Counted from the stretch's first letter, positions 46,097 through 60,953 are shown. The stretch is 64,000 nt of DNA from the human T2T-CHM13v2.0 reference genome, Homo sapiens (GCF_009914755.1 NC_060928.1), one strand, 5' to 3'. Program-made: numbers and translations. Notes: generated from the sequence alone by a model not told the origin.

Positions 46097-49000
46097 TCAA
46101 CCAAGAACTTAATATCCAGCCAAACTAAACTTCATATTGAAGGAGAAGTAAGATCCTTTTCAGACAAACAAATGCTAAGGGAATCTGTTACCACCAGACA
46201 TGCCTTACAAGAGGTCCTTAAAGGAGTGCTAAGTGTGGAAGTGAAGGACTGTTAATGGCCACCACAAAAATACATTTAAGTACATAGAACATTGACATTG
46301 TAAAGTAACTACACAATCAAGTCTGCATAATAACCAGCTAACAACATAATGACAGGACCAAAGCTATAAATATCAATATTAACTGTGAATGTAAACAGTA
46401 TAAACGCCCCACTTAAAACTCACAGAATGGCAAGTTGGATAAAGAAGCAAAGCCCAACTGTATCTGCTGTCAAGAGACCCAGCTGATATGCAACGATACC
46501 CATTGGCTCAAAGTAAAAGGATGGAAAAAAATCTAGCAAGCAAATGCAAAACAAAAAAGGGTAAGCATTGTTATCCTAATTCAGACAAAATAGGCTTTAA
46601 ACCAACAACAATCAAAAAGACAAAGAAGGGCACTACGTAATGATAAAGGGTTCAATTCAACAAGAAGACTTAACTGTCTAAAAGATAAATGTGCTCAAAA
46701 CTGGAGCATTCAGATTCATAAAACAAGTTCATAGAGACCTATAGAGAAACTTAGATAACCACAGAATAATAGTGGGAGACTTCAACATCTCACTGACAGT
46801 ACTAGACAGATCAAAGAGACAGAAAATGAACAAAGATATTCAGGACTTGAAGTCAACACTTGGCTAAATGGACCTAACAGCCATCTACAGAACACTCCAC
46901 CCAACAACAACAGAATATATGTTCCTCTCATCTGTACATGGCATATATTGTAAAATTGATCACACTATCAGTCTAAAATTATTTTCAATAAATTTAAAAA
47001 AACCCCTGAAATCAGGCCAACCACACTCTTGGACCCGCAGTGTAATAAAAATAGAAGTCAACACTAAGACGAACTCTCAAAACCATACAATTACATGGAA
47101 ATTAAACAACCTGTGCCTGAATGACTTTTGGGTAAACAATGAAATTAAGGCAGAAACCAATAAATTCTTTATAACTAATTAAAACAAAGATACAACATTC
47201 TCGGCTCTCTAAGACACAGGCAAAGCAGTGTTAAGGGAAAAGTTTATAGTGCTAAATGCCCATATTGAAAAGTTAGAAGGATCTTAAATTAACAACCTAA
47301 TATCATACCTAAAGGAAACAGAAAAACGAGAGGAAACCATCCCAAAGCTAGCAGAAGAAAAGAAATAACCAAAATCAGAGCAGAATGGAATGAAATTGAG
47401 TCATGAAAAGCCATACAAAAGATAAATGAAACTAAAAGCTGGTTCTTCGAGAGAATAAATAAATTGGATAGGTCACTAGCTAGACCAATAAGGAAAAAAA
47501 AAAAAGAGAGAGAGAAGATCCAAAAAACACAATCAGAAATGGCAAAGTGGACGTTACCGCCAACCACACAGAAATACAAAAAACTCTCAGAGACTACGAT
47601 GAACATCTTCATGCAAACAAAGTAGAACACCTATGAGAAATTGGTAAATTTCTGGAAACATACAACTTCCCAAGATTGAACTAGGAAGAAACTGAAATCC
47701 TGAACAAATCAAAAATGAGTTCTGAAACTGAATGAGTAATAAAAAGTCTCTGAGCCAAAAAAAAAAAAAAAAAAAAAAAGCAAGCCCAGGACCCAACAGA
47801 TTCACAGACAAATTCTACCAGAAGTGTAAAGAAGAGCTGGTACCAATGCTACTGAAATTATTCCAAAAAAATGAGGAGGAAGGATCCCTCCCTAACTCAT
47901 TTTATGAGGCCAGCATCATTCAGATATGAAAACCTGGCAGAGACACAACAAAAAAGAAAACTTCAGGACAGTTATCACTGATGATCATAGATGCAAAAAT
48001 CCTCAACAAAATACAAGCCAACTGAATCCAGCAGCATATCAAAAAGCTAGTCCACTATGATTAAGTAAGCTTTATCCCTGGGATGCAAGTTTGGTTCAAG
48101 ATATACAAACCAATAAATGTGATTCATCATATAATAGAACTAAAAATAAAAACATCCCTTCATGATATAGACCCTCAACAAATGAGTTACTGAAGGAGCA
48201 TACCTCAAAATAATTGGAGCCATTTATGACAAAACCACAGCCAACTTCATACTGAATGGGAAAAAGCTGGAATACTCCCTTTGAGAACTGGAACAAGACA
48301 AGGATGCCCACTCTCACTACTCCTATTCAACATAGTAATGGATGTCCTAGCCAGTGCAATTAGGCAAGAGAAAGAAACACAGACATCTAAATAGGAAGAA
48401 TGGAAGCCAAACTATGCCTCTTCATAGGTGAAACACTTTTATACCAAGAAAACCCCATAGTAGCCTCTCAAGAGCTCCCAGATCTGACAAATGACTTCAG
48501 CAAAGTTTCAGGTTACAAAACTCAATGTACAAAAATCTGTAGCATTTCTATACACCAACAACATCCAAGCTGAGAGCCAAATCAAGAATGCAATCCCATT
48601 CACAATAGCCACAAAAAAACTATAAAATACCTTGGAATACAGCTAAGCAGGGAGGTGAAATATCTCTACAATGAAAATTACAAACGAGTGCTCAAAGAAT
48701 CAGAGACAACAGAAACAAAAGGAAAACATTCCATGATCACAGATAGGAAGAAGCAATATTGTTAAAATGGCCATACTGCCTAAGGCTATTTACAGAGTCA
48801 ATGCTATTCCTATCATAGTATCAATGACATTTTTCACAGGATTAAAAAAAGCATCCTAAAATTCATTTGGAGCCAAACAAACAAACAAACAAAAAAAGCC
48901 CAAATAGCCAAAGCAATCCTAAGCAAAAAGAACAAAGCCAAAAGCATCACACTACCTGACTTCGAACGGTAGTACAATGCTACAGTAAGCAAAACAGCAT

Positions 49001-49864
49001 GGTTATGCTCAGCAAAAGAAATAATCAGCAGAGTAAAAAGACAACCTATAGAGTGGGAGAAAATCTTTACAAACTATGCATCCAACAAAGTACTAATATC
49101 CAGAATCTATAAGGAACTCAAAAACAGACATAGACCAGTGGAACAGGTTACAGAACGCAGAAATAAAGCCGCACACCTATAGCCATCTACTCTTCAACAA
49201 ACTTGACAAAAACAAGCAATGGGGAAAGGAATCCCTACTCGGAAATTGTGCTGGGATAACTGGCTAGCCATATGCAGAAAACTGAAACTGGACTCCATAC
49301 GTTTCACCGTTTACAAAAATCAACTCAAGATAGATTAAAGACTTAAATGTAAAACCCAAAACTATAAAAACCCTGGAAGATATCCTAAGAAATACCATTC
49401 TGGACACAGGCCATTCTGGACATATCCTAGGAAATTTCAATTCTGGAAAACACTTTATGATGAAGACGCCAAAAACAATTGCAACAAAAACAAAAATTGA
49501 CAAATGGGATCTAATTAAACTAAAGGGCTTCTGCACAGCAAAGGAAATCATCAACAAACCACCTATGGAATGGGAGAAAATATTTGCAAACCATGCATTC
49601 GACAAAAGTCTAATATCCAGAATCCAAAAAGAACTTAGAAAAATCAACAAGCAAAAACCTAACAACCCCATTAAATGGGCAAAGGAGAGGACCAGACACT
49701 TCTCAAAAGAAGACAAACACGTAGTCAACAAGTATATGGAAAAATATTCAACATCACTAACATTAGAGAAATGCAAAACAAAACTGCAGTGAGATACAAC
49801 CTCACAGGAGGCAGAATGGCTATTATCAAAAAGTCAAAAAGTAACAGATGCTGGCGAGCTTGGG

Positions 49865-50008
49865 GAGCTACTCCCAGGTCTTTGGAAGGCTGAGGCATGA
49901 GAATTGCTTGAACCTGGGAGGCAGAGGTTGCAGTGAGCTGAGATTGGGCCATTGTACTCTAGCCTGGGCAACAGAGCAAGACTCCATCTCAAAAAAAAAA
50001 AAAAAAAA
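49865..50008 (+). mobile_element. Alu right-arm fragment with A tail
   Basis: GGAAGGCTGAGGCATGAGAATTGCTTGAACC..GACTCCATCTC A18. Confidence 0.88.
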
Positions 50009-50029
50009 CCCGAGAGAGAGAGAGAGAAA

Positions 50030-51849
50030 GAAAAACCCACAGCCAACATTATACTGAATGGGGAAAAGTTGAAAGCATTCCCCCGAGAACTGGAACAAGA
50101 CAAGGATGCCCAGTTTCACCACTTCTATTCAACATAGTACTGGAAGTCCTAGCCAGAGCAATCAGACAAGAGAAAGAAATAAAGGGCATCCAAATCAGTA
50201 AAGAGGAAGTCAAACTGTTGCTATTCATGATTATATGATCATATAATGAGAAAACCCTAAAGACTCATCCAAAAAGCTCCTAGATCTGATAAATGAATTC
50301 AGTAACGTTTCAGGATACAAAATCAATGTACACAAATCAGTAGCACTGGTATACACCGATGGTGACTTAGCTGAGAATTAAATCAAGATCTCAACCCCTT
50401 TTACAACAGCTGCAAAAACAAACAAACAAACAACAAACAAACAAACAAAACCAAAGAAAAAACCCCAAGCAAACGAACTTAGGAATATACCTAACCAAGG
50501 AGGTGAAAGACTTCTACAGTGAAAACTACAAAACACTGCAGAAAGAAATCATAGATGACACAAACAAATAGAAACACATCACACGCTCATGGATAGGTAG
50601 AATCAATATTGTGAAAATGACCATACTGCCAAAAACAATCTACATCATCATTCTTCCCTGAACTAGAAAAAGCAATCCTAAAATTAATGTGGAGCCCAAA
50701 AATAGCCCGCATAACCAAAGCAAGACTAAGCAAAAAGAACAAATGTGGATGCATCACATTACTTGACTTCAAACTATACTATAAGGCTATAGTCACCAAA
50801 GCAGCATAACACTGGTATAAAAATAGGCACATAGACCAATGGAACAGAATAGAGAACTGAGAAATAAAGCCAAATACTTAAGCCAACTGATCTTTAACAA
50901 AGGAAACAAAAACATAAAGTTGGGAAAGGACACCCTATTCAACAAATGGTGCTGGGATAATTGGCAAGCCATATGTAGAAGAATGAAACTGGATCCTCAT
51001 CTCTCACCTTATACAAAAATCAACTCAAGATGGATCAAAGACTTAAATCTAACACCTGAAACTATAAAAATTCTAGAAGGTAACATTGGAAATACCCTTC
51101 TAGACATTTGCTTAGGCAAAGACTTCATGACCAAGAACCCAAGAGCAAAGGCAACAAAAACAAAGATAAATAGATGGGACTTAATTAAACTAAGAAGCTT
51201 CTACACAGCAAAAGAAATAATCAGCAGAGTAAAAAGACAACCTATAGAGTGGGAGAAAATGTTTACAAACTATGCATCCAACAAAGTACTAATATCCAGA
51301 ATCTATAAGGAACTCTAACAAATCAGCAAGAAAAAACCAAATTATCCTATCAAAAAGTGTGCTAAGGACATGAATAGACACTTCCCAAAAGAAGATATAT
51401 AAATGGCCAAGAAACATGAAAAAATCCTCAATATCACTAATTATTAGGGAAATGCAAACAAAACCACAATGCAATACCATCTCACTCCTCCAAGAATAGC
51501 CATAATCAAAAAAATAAAAAAAAAAAAATAGATGTTGCCATGGGTGTAGTAAAAAGGAACACTTTCACACTGCTGGGGGGAATGTAAACTAGTACAACCA
51601 CTATGGAAAAGAGTATGAAGATTTCTTAAATAATTAAAAGTAGATCTACCATTTGATCTAGCAATCCCAATACTGGGTATCTACCCAGAGGAAAAGAAGT
51701 CATTATATGAAAAAAACACTTGCACACGCATGTTTATTGCAGCACAATTTGCAATTGCAAAAAATACGGAACTAGCTCAAATGCCCATCAATCAATGAAT
51801 GCATACAGAAAATGTGGTGTATATATACGTATCTATGTGTATATATGTG

Positions 51850-51903
<54 letters not shown>

Positions 51904-52258
51904 ATCGACAGAATACTACTCAGCCATAAAAAGGAATGAAATAATGGCATTCACAGCAACCTGGAAGGAGTCGGAGACCATTATTCTAAGTGAAGTAATT
52001 CAGGAATGAAAAAACCAAACATTGTATGTTCTGACTTATAAGTGGGAGTTATGCTATGAGGATGCAAAAGCGTAAGAATGATACAATGGGCTTTGGGGAC
52101 TTAGGGGGAAGAGTAGGAGGAGGGTGAGCGATAAAAGACTACACCTTGGGTGCAGTGTACACTGCTCTGGTGATGGGTGCACCAAAATCTCAGAAATTAC
52201 CACTAAAAATATTTTCCATGTAAACAAACACCACCTGTTCCTTAAAAACTAATGAAAA
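50030..52258 (+). mobile_element. 5'-truncated L1PB-type element nested in the older L1
   Basis: ORF2 RT to C-terminus (ORF 50839..51318); L1PB 3' end GGTGATGGGTGCACCAAAATCTCAGAAATTACCACTAAA. Confidence 0.88.
51855..51902 (+). repeat. (AC)24 microsatellite
   Basis: Direct reading. Confidence 0.95.
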
Positions 52259-52265
52259 AAGAAAA

Positions 52266-52755
52266 AAGACATGAGATCAACCTAAATGCCCATCAATGGT
52301 GAACTGGATAAAGAAAATGTGGCACATAGGAGGGGGTATATCTCAGGGTTAGAGCATCAGACTGCGGACCAAGAAAATGTGGCACATATACACCATAGAA
52401 TAATACACAGCCACAAGAAAGAATGAGATCATGTCCTTTGGAGCAACGTGGATGGAGTTGAGGCCATTATCCTAAGTGAATTAACACAGGAACAGGAAAC
52501 CAAATATCCCATATTCTTACTTATAAGTGGGAGCTAAACACTGAGTACACATGGACAGAAAGAAGGGAACAATCGTCACTAGGTGAATTTGAGGGTGGAG
52601 GGTGGAAGGAGGGGGAGAATAGAAAAACTACCTATTGGGTATTATACTTATTACCTGGGTGACAAAATAATCTGCATACCAAACCCCTGTGACATGCAAT
52701 TTATCCATATAACAAGCCTGCTCATGTACCCCTTGAGCCGAAATAAAAATTGGAG
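52266..52755 (+). mobile_element. 3' end of the older L1 (continuation of 44135-49858)
   Basis: AACCTAAATGCCCATCAATGGTG..CCAAACCCCTGTGACATGCAATTTA..AAATAAAA. Confidence 0.8.
52332..52370 (+). pseudogene. 3'-truncated (tailless) tRNA-Cys retropseudogene with 18-bp TSD
   Basis: GGGGGTATATCTCAGGGTTAGAGCATCAGACTGCGGACC matches the 5' half of tRNA-Cys(GCA) as I recall it (GGGGGTATAGCTCAGGGGTAGAGCATTTGACTGCAGATC) at 33/39; AAGAAAATGTGGCACATA at 52311-52328 and 52371-52388. Confidence 0.85.
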
Positions 52756-53556
52756 AAGAGAAAAACTCGTAAGAGTTGTCACTTTGGGTAGAGTTATGGG
52801 CATTATGATTTGAAGGCATATTCTAAGGTCATTCCTCCTTTATTTATAAAGTTCTAATTTTTAAAATAAAAGTGCATTTGAGTATTTTATCATAAACATT
52901 AATTTAAGAATTCACTGGATTTTGTAGTAACTATGTAATGGATGAACTTTGCTATGAGTGTCATTGGAATGGATAAGCAGAGACAAAAGTTGATGAATTA
53001 AGAAATGAAAAGGAGTTAGGATCTAGAGACAGTAGTTACAGACTTATTTTGAGGAATTCAAACATAAGACAAATGGATGGTAGATAAAGATGGATGGGGC
53101 ATTGGATATACGGCAAGAGTTTTTGTTTGCTTGCTTTCTTTAAAATGGGAGAGTTTATATTTATACACCTATGTCTATATAAAATGTTTCTCAAATATAC
53201 TTATATATATACACATACATATATATGAAATGTGCAACTGTACTTACATACAGCTATGAGGAAGAGGCCATTAGATAGATTAAAACATACAGATATGTTA
53301 TAATACAGATGAAAAGGAATAAATTGATCATGTGAATTTTCTTGATGATAAACATTTAGGGGCTATGAATGTTTGTTAAAAAAATTTCGTACAATTTGGG
53401 ACATGGCTCTGCTTTTAATCAACTGCTTTCCAAGGATTTTAACACTGAAACGAATTTTAATAGAGCTTTTCTATACAACATTCTGAATATTTTAACAGTT
53501 TTAATGAAGCATCCTTAATTGAATATTTTCATAAGAAAAAATGAGAAAGAAATTAC

Positions 53557-53684
53557 CCTAATAGAAATGCCCATTGCCAGGGAAATTTCATAATGAAGTG
53601 TGAAAAAACAGCAGCTGCACTTGCCTCCATAAGGCATGGACCTACAGCCAATCTGAAACAAACGACCTTCAAATGCCTCAAAGC
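53557..53684 (-). CDS. SLC9B1: SLC9B1 exon (128 nt, phase 0 to 2): ALRHLKVVCFRLAVGPCLMEASAAAVFSHFIMKFPWQWAFLLG
   Basis: Acceptor TTTTAG|, donor |GTAATT. Confidence 0.95.
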
Positions 53685-54599
53685 CTAAAACACAAAACAG
53701 TCACACTTAGATACATTTACAATGGCCAACAAGAAAATTATTTTAACAAATGTCAAACTATAAAGTCTTTTTTCATAAGAAGCTTTCACTAAACGAAATC
53801 TCATTTCAACAGATTGTCCCACTGGACTTTGAACTCTATTACATTTTATATGTCATCATAGGTTGGATTATAAACAATTTCATCTTTTTAAAAATATTAT
53901 TATATTTTAATTATTAAAAGATCAATTTTACTGTGATTAAATAGCTAATGCTACCTTCCTGAACTTTCCTAATAAATAGTATAATAATAGTGTCCTATTA
54001 GTGTTTTCCCATTAACTTTTTGATATGAACTGTTTGATTAACTTAATAAGTATAAATAGAATACCAACATGCCAAAGAAAATAACTTAAAAACTGCATAA
54101 TTCATTTTAAAAGGGAGAACTTTTCAATGTTCTCCTTGGTTCATACTTTCTGCTGGAGAATATAATCTTATTGGCTATAATTATTTATGCTCTTGAGCTA
54201 TTTCTATTAAACCACATTTGCCACATTTATTTGAGTGGCTGTCATATTCATGAATAGTCATCTTCTTATAGATGGGATTTATGATCCCTAGAATGTAATA
54301 TTTTAAGAAATGCTTTAAAAGATTGGATTTTACAATAATGCAAAGATAATCAGGAACATAATCCTGTGGAGAAAATGTCATAAAAAAATTACTGAAATCC
54401 TTAATCTCCCTAAAAAAAGAAAAAGACTTTTATAAGGTTTTTCTTATCCTATGTTAACTGAAAAGTACATACTTCTCCATAGAAGAGCCTCCCAAATAAT
54501 ATAGGTGCTATATAAGAGACATTTATCTCTGTGCAAATGATTAGATCGCTAATAAAGACCTTACAACACAGTCAATTCTCTTCATATCAGTGATAATGA

Positions 54600-54880
<281 letters not shown>

Positions 54881-55011
54881 TTTTTTTCTTTATCTTAGGT
54901 TTGTTTACAGACTCTATTTGGAACAGGAAAATAAAATTTTTGCTTCTTTTTCTTTCTCACCGTCCTCTAATATTTGAAATAACCTTACTCGATTTGTAAT
55001 TGTAAATCTAC

Positions 55012-55154
55012 CTGTGGATCGAGTCCAAGCCCAGCTCTTATTAGAATAATGGTAAGGGCAATGCTTCTTAAAATTGAAGACCATGTGTTAGGAACATGGA
55101 CATGTTCATTGATGAATGGAACATTCCTAATCGTAAAACCAGCCAGTAACATCC
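55012..55154 (-). CDS. SLC9B1: SLC9B1 exon (143 nt, phase 1 to 0): GMLLAGFTIRNVPFINEHVHVPNTWSSILRSIALTIILIRAGLGLDPQ
   Basis: Acceptor TTTTAAG|, donor |GTAGAT; conserved RAGLGLD motif. Confidence 0.95.
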
Positions 55155-55751
55155 CTTAAAAGAAAGAAAATAAAGATACATGACAGTTCATTTTTCTGAG
55201 AAAGAAAACGGAAATGTTTACTTTCTTTTCTAATGCACTATGTCTCTCATTATTTTGGTAAAGGGCAGGTTACAAGCAAGTAGAGAAGGCAGCATGAATA
55301 AAGGAATGGCGATAAGAAACAATACACCTAAATGGGGTTCAACAAGTAAGTTAGTGTTGCTGGAACATACAGGGCAAGGAAAGGAGGGAGGAGAATGAGC
55401 TTGGGTGGGCCAGATCATAGAAAGGTCTCCCCCCACTTTGGCAAAGTAAGGCACCATGGGAAGGTTTTAGGCAGGAAGTAACATAATGAGTCTTGCGTTT
55501 TTTATGTGAGGGTCTTGGTGAATTAGTTTGGGATAAAACTGGAGACAGAGACCAAATTGAAGGCTCTGCCACAGTCCACGCAAAAGTTGGAAACAAATAG
55601 CCTAAGCTAGAGCAAAAGAGAAAGTTTGGAGAGGAGGAAAATGATTCAATAAATACTTAGAAGGTGCTGTAAGAAAATTGTGGATACAGAAGGGACAGCA
55701 GAGATAAGATGTAGAGATTATCTCTACTGACAGTGTACTGAATATATATTT

Positions 55752-56033
<282 letters not shown>

Positions 56034-56049
56034 TAGATATATTTGAATA

Positions 56050-56615
56050 CAGTAAGTTCTCACTTAACATCATCAATAGGTTATTGGAAATGGCAACTTT
56101 GAGTAAAATGGTATATAACAAAACCAATTTTAGCATAGGCTAAATGATATAAACAACAGTCAATTTCCTACAGCATATTTCCGGTCACAAAACATCACCA
56201 AACTTCTAAATAAAGATCCAAAACACTTCTAGTATTAAACAATGAAATAAATGTGAGCTCTACATACACTTTAGAAAGTTTTATAAAAACAAATAAGATA
56301 ATTATTTACTTAATTTTTGGTGAATCCATGAGTGATGGTGGTTATAGCGGTGATGGTGGTTATAGCGGTGATGGTTAAAATCAAAGAATAAATGTTTACA
56401 AAGTGAAAATTGTAAGGAGCACCTCCTCCCACTATGCAGTTCAAAAACAATCACAAATATGGTAGGCTGGCTGAGAGTTTTCATATCACATTGTCTATTG
56501 TCATGCATTTGTATGGTTACCATATACTTAACAAAATTTTATTTTACAATAATTTGTATTCATTCATTTATTCATTGTACAATCCACTTATTCTAGTTCA
56601 GGGTCAAAGGTGACT
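56050..56615. mobile_element. TcMar-Tigger family non-autonomous DNA transposon (MER82-like), truncated on the right; contains an 18-bp tandem repeat at 56332-56376
   Basis: TA followed by TIR-like CAGTAAGTTCTCACTTAACATC; GTGATGGTGGTTATAGCG repeated. Confidence 0.6.
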
Positions 56616-56619
56616 GAAA

Positions 56620-56705
56620 CTTAATCCAAAAAAATCAAGGAGGGACTCCCTCCCTAACACATTCCATGAATCTAGTATCACAGTTATACCCGAATCAGGC
56701 AAAGC

Positions 56706-56754
<49 letters not shown>

Positions 56755-57375
56755 CTGGTCAATATCCCTGATGAACATAGATGCAAAAATTCTGAACTAG
56801 CAAAATGAATTCAATAGTACATCAAAAAGATAATATAGTTAAGTGGATTTTACTCCAGAAATACAAGGATGGTTCAACATGTGAATCATTCTTCCATAAA
56901 TACATATACACACATATGTTCATTGTAGCACTATTCACAATAAAAGGACATGGAATCAACTTAAATGACTAAATAAAGAAAATGTGGTACATATACACCA
57001 TGGAATGCTATGCATTCATAAAAAAGAATGACATCATGTCCTTTGCAGCAACATGGATAAAGCTGAACACCATTATCCTAAGTGAAACAACTCAGAAACA
57101 GAAAAATCAAATACCACATGTTCTCACTTATATGTGGGCACTAAACAATGGGTACATATGGACCTAAAGATGGAAATAATAGACACTGGGGAGTCCAAAA
57201 GGAGAGAGGGTTGGAGGGTTAAGGTTGAAAAATTACCTATTGGGTATAGTATTCACTATTTGGTGATGGGTTCACTAGAGCCCAAATCTCACCATTATGC
57301 AATATATCCATGTACCAAACCTGCATATGTACCCCGTGAATCTAAAATTTTTAAAGATTCTATTAAACAATAAAG
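56620..57375 (+). mobile_element. L1 (L1PB/L1MA-age) fragment with large internal deletion and an (AC)22 at 56709-56752
   Basis: CCCTGATGAACATAGATGCAAAAAT, then jump to 3' UTR motifs GTCCTTTGCAGCAACATGGAT. Confidence 0.8.
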
Positions 57376-57641
57376 CAACAGGAATAATGTACTAAGGATA
57401 TTAAATTTATTTTAAAAATAAATTTTGGATAAAACTTGTGTGTATATATGTAGACAGAGAAATAAATGCATCTATAAAGGAGCTGTACACACACACACAC
57501 ATACAGTAAATACATACATGAAGAAACTATATAAAACATACTACATTGAAATATTTCTGAATTATAACTAATTCAACAAGAAAATGTTCAACATTTGCAT
57601 ATAGTCAATAATAAAGAAAAGAGAGCTAATTATATACTTAC

Positions 57642-57812
57642 CAAGAAGAGGTGGAAGTGGAGGCACTAAAGGTATTCTAATGAGTTGTAAAATTTTTCCC
57701 CCAATAATGGCACTATAAAAAATAATGAACAACCCAAATAAATTTCCACCAGGGAGAGCTTCAGAGCCTAAGATTGACCAGGTCATACACCATATCACAA
57801 ACAGTATAACTC
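57642..57812 (-). CDS. SLC9B1: SLC9B1 exon (171 nt, phase 1 to 1): GVILFVIWCMTWSILGSEALPGGNLFGLFIIFYSAIIGGKILQLIRIPLVPPLPPLL; 5'-most exon in the window
   Basis: Acceptor TATTTCAG|, donor |GTAAGT; overlaps ORF 57568..57798. Confidence 0.96.
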
Positions 57813-58062
57813 CTGAAATACAAAAAAGTGTACAGCTATATATCTACATACACATAGATGTATACAAACAAAGGATCAATTCTCTTTTATCATATATACT
57901 AATAGCCAGTTTTATAAAATGATACATGGTATAGATCAACATTGCTTACTAGTTTGGTGAAAGAGATATCTGCTTAACATATATTCCAAATAACCTGTCA
58001 ATTTATGAAGTAGGTTTCAAACAAAGTGTTTTTACTTTAAAAATATTTAAAACCTATATGTG

Positions 58063-58419
<357 letters not shown>

Positions 58420-59083
58420 TTAAAAACATCATGGCAATATGATGAGATTTACTTCATTTTATATTTTAAAATAGCTTTTTCATCAGGATGGAAAATAAGA
58501 GGATGACTGGCTGTGATAAGAATTCACAACCTTATTGAAGATCACAGTGTCAAGGTGCCAAATCTTTTAAGAGGAACCTACTAAATCTTTGTATTGAAAG
58601 GATAATTCAACTGATATTTGGCATAAATGTATTAGAGGAGGTAATGGCTGGAAGAAATGAACCTAGATTTTGTGGGAATAAATATAAAGTATCTTAGATT
58701 ATGTGTAGGAAGTAGAGGTAGATAAGATGAGTAGGTATAAGTTACTAGACATCTTGTTTCTGGCAACTAGGTGCTACTCACTGAGGAATCCATAGGTTTC
58801 TATAAAGGACAGACAATAACATGGTAAATTTCCATATGCTAATTAAATTGCTACCTTTATTTGCTATGAATCATAATTGCTAATGCTTTTAATATTCTTA
58901 AAACAGTTTATATGCATTTTTTAGCTATGACCCCTTTCCGGCTGTATAGAATTTGCCAGGGTAAAAGAGGACGATTTTGACTCACTCCAGGCAGAAAGTT
59001 AGAACAAAGTATCTCTTTCCTCCTCCCCTCTGATTATTGTCATCCTGCAAAACTGGAAGCCTTGGAGGGCTAAACTCTTACTA

Positions 59084-59425
<342 letters not shown>

Positions 59426-60953
59426 ACGGACAAGAAAATGTCATCCTACTGACAAATTGAGAAGACAAGGCAGTTTGTCTTAGCTGGTCTCTGGGTGGCA
59501 AAGTCTTTTTTGAGAATTCATAGGTAAAACTGGCCTCATCCAACTTATGTGTAGGGCTCAAATTACATTACGTGCACAGGTTAGGGATCCCAAAGTTCTA
59601 AACCTACCATAAAAGTGTCCCTGCATAGAAGTATCCCTAGAACACACTTAGTAGATGCTAATTCAAAAAATCTCTAATAGACAGTCCTGATCCCAGACTG
59701 CATAAAGTCTCAAAGGTAAAGCCAAGTGAATCTGAACTTAAAATAAGAAGAAATATCCCATGAGCAAAAGTTAACAGATACTACAAAGAATGGGATTAGA
59801 TGTCTAAAAACCTTAGCTAATAGAACCACTAGATAGACACTATAAAATATGTATTTTCAAAGGGACTAGAGACAATTTTTAAAAATTGGAGACATGAGAA
59901 GAAGAAATTACTTGAAAGCATTGTAAAATAATTAAATAGAACATCTAGAAAAAACTGTAAAATTTACTCAACTAAAAAAAAAACCACTAAGTACCCAAAT
60001 AGCAGTCTAGACATGGCTGAAGAGAGAACACAGCAAAGTAGTAGATATGAGGAAATTACTTAAGAGCATAGCACACACACAAAAAAAAATGAGGTGGAAA
60101 ATGAGAGATTTAGATTATGGAAAAGATCTAAAACACAACTAATAGTAGTTTCAGAAACATAATTGAAAGAATGAAGAAGATATAATATTTGAGAAGAAAA
60201 CTGGCTTCAAACTTTACAGAATTGATTAGGGTTTTTATTGATTTGGACACAGGAAGTCAAATGAGTTCTAATCAGGATTAAGTAAAAATAGATACTTAGA
60301 TAAAATGTTGAGAAACTATAGACTACCAAAGGCAAAAATAAAATCTTAAAGAATCTAGACAGAGAAAAAGAGATTAATCATAATCGAATAAACAATAGAG
60401 CAGATTCTCAGTACTTATCAGCAACAATAGAAGATGGAAGATAAATAAAGTCTTCAAAGTACAGAGATAAAGAAATCATTCAATGTTGAATTCTGTAGCC
60501 AGTTAACTGTCACTCAAACAAAAGACAAATGAAAGATATTGTCAAACAAATACATTTAAGAACATATGCCATTTTTTACCAGGGAAAAATCTACTGAAAG
60601 ATATGCTTTAGAAATATGACATAGAACCAAAAAGGAAGGAACAATGTGCAAAGAAATTGGTAAAATGTAGGTTAGTCTAAACAAGTACTGGTTGTGTAAC
60701 ACATTACTAATGAAAATTGTTAATCAGAGGATATAAAGATAAGGTTGGGAGGTGACATGAAAAGGTTGGCAATTTATTTCCACACCAAAACTCCCCCCAA
60801 AAATTGCAAAAATACCAAAAACAAACATTTCAGGACCCTGAAAACTCATCAAAGGCAGTTATCAAATTAAGAAGCATTTATCCTTGAAAAAAGTGTTAGG
60901 GTTTTGGGTAGGATTGGTAAAAGTCTGAGCCCTTCCTGACTGGGGTTGCTCCC

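Noticed and set aside
52332-52370. Functional tRNA gene
   Set aside because: Only the 5' half is present, no B box, anticodon altered.
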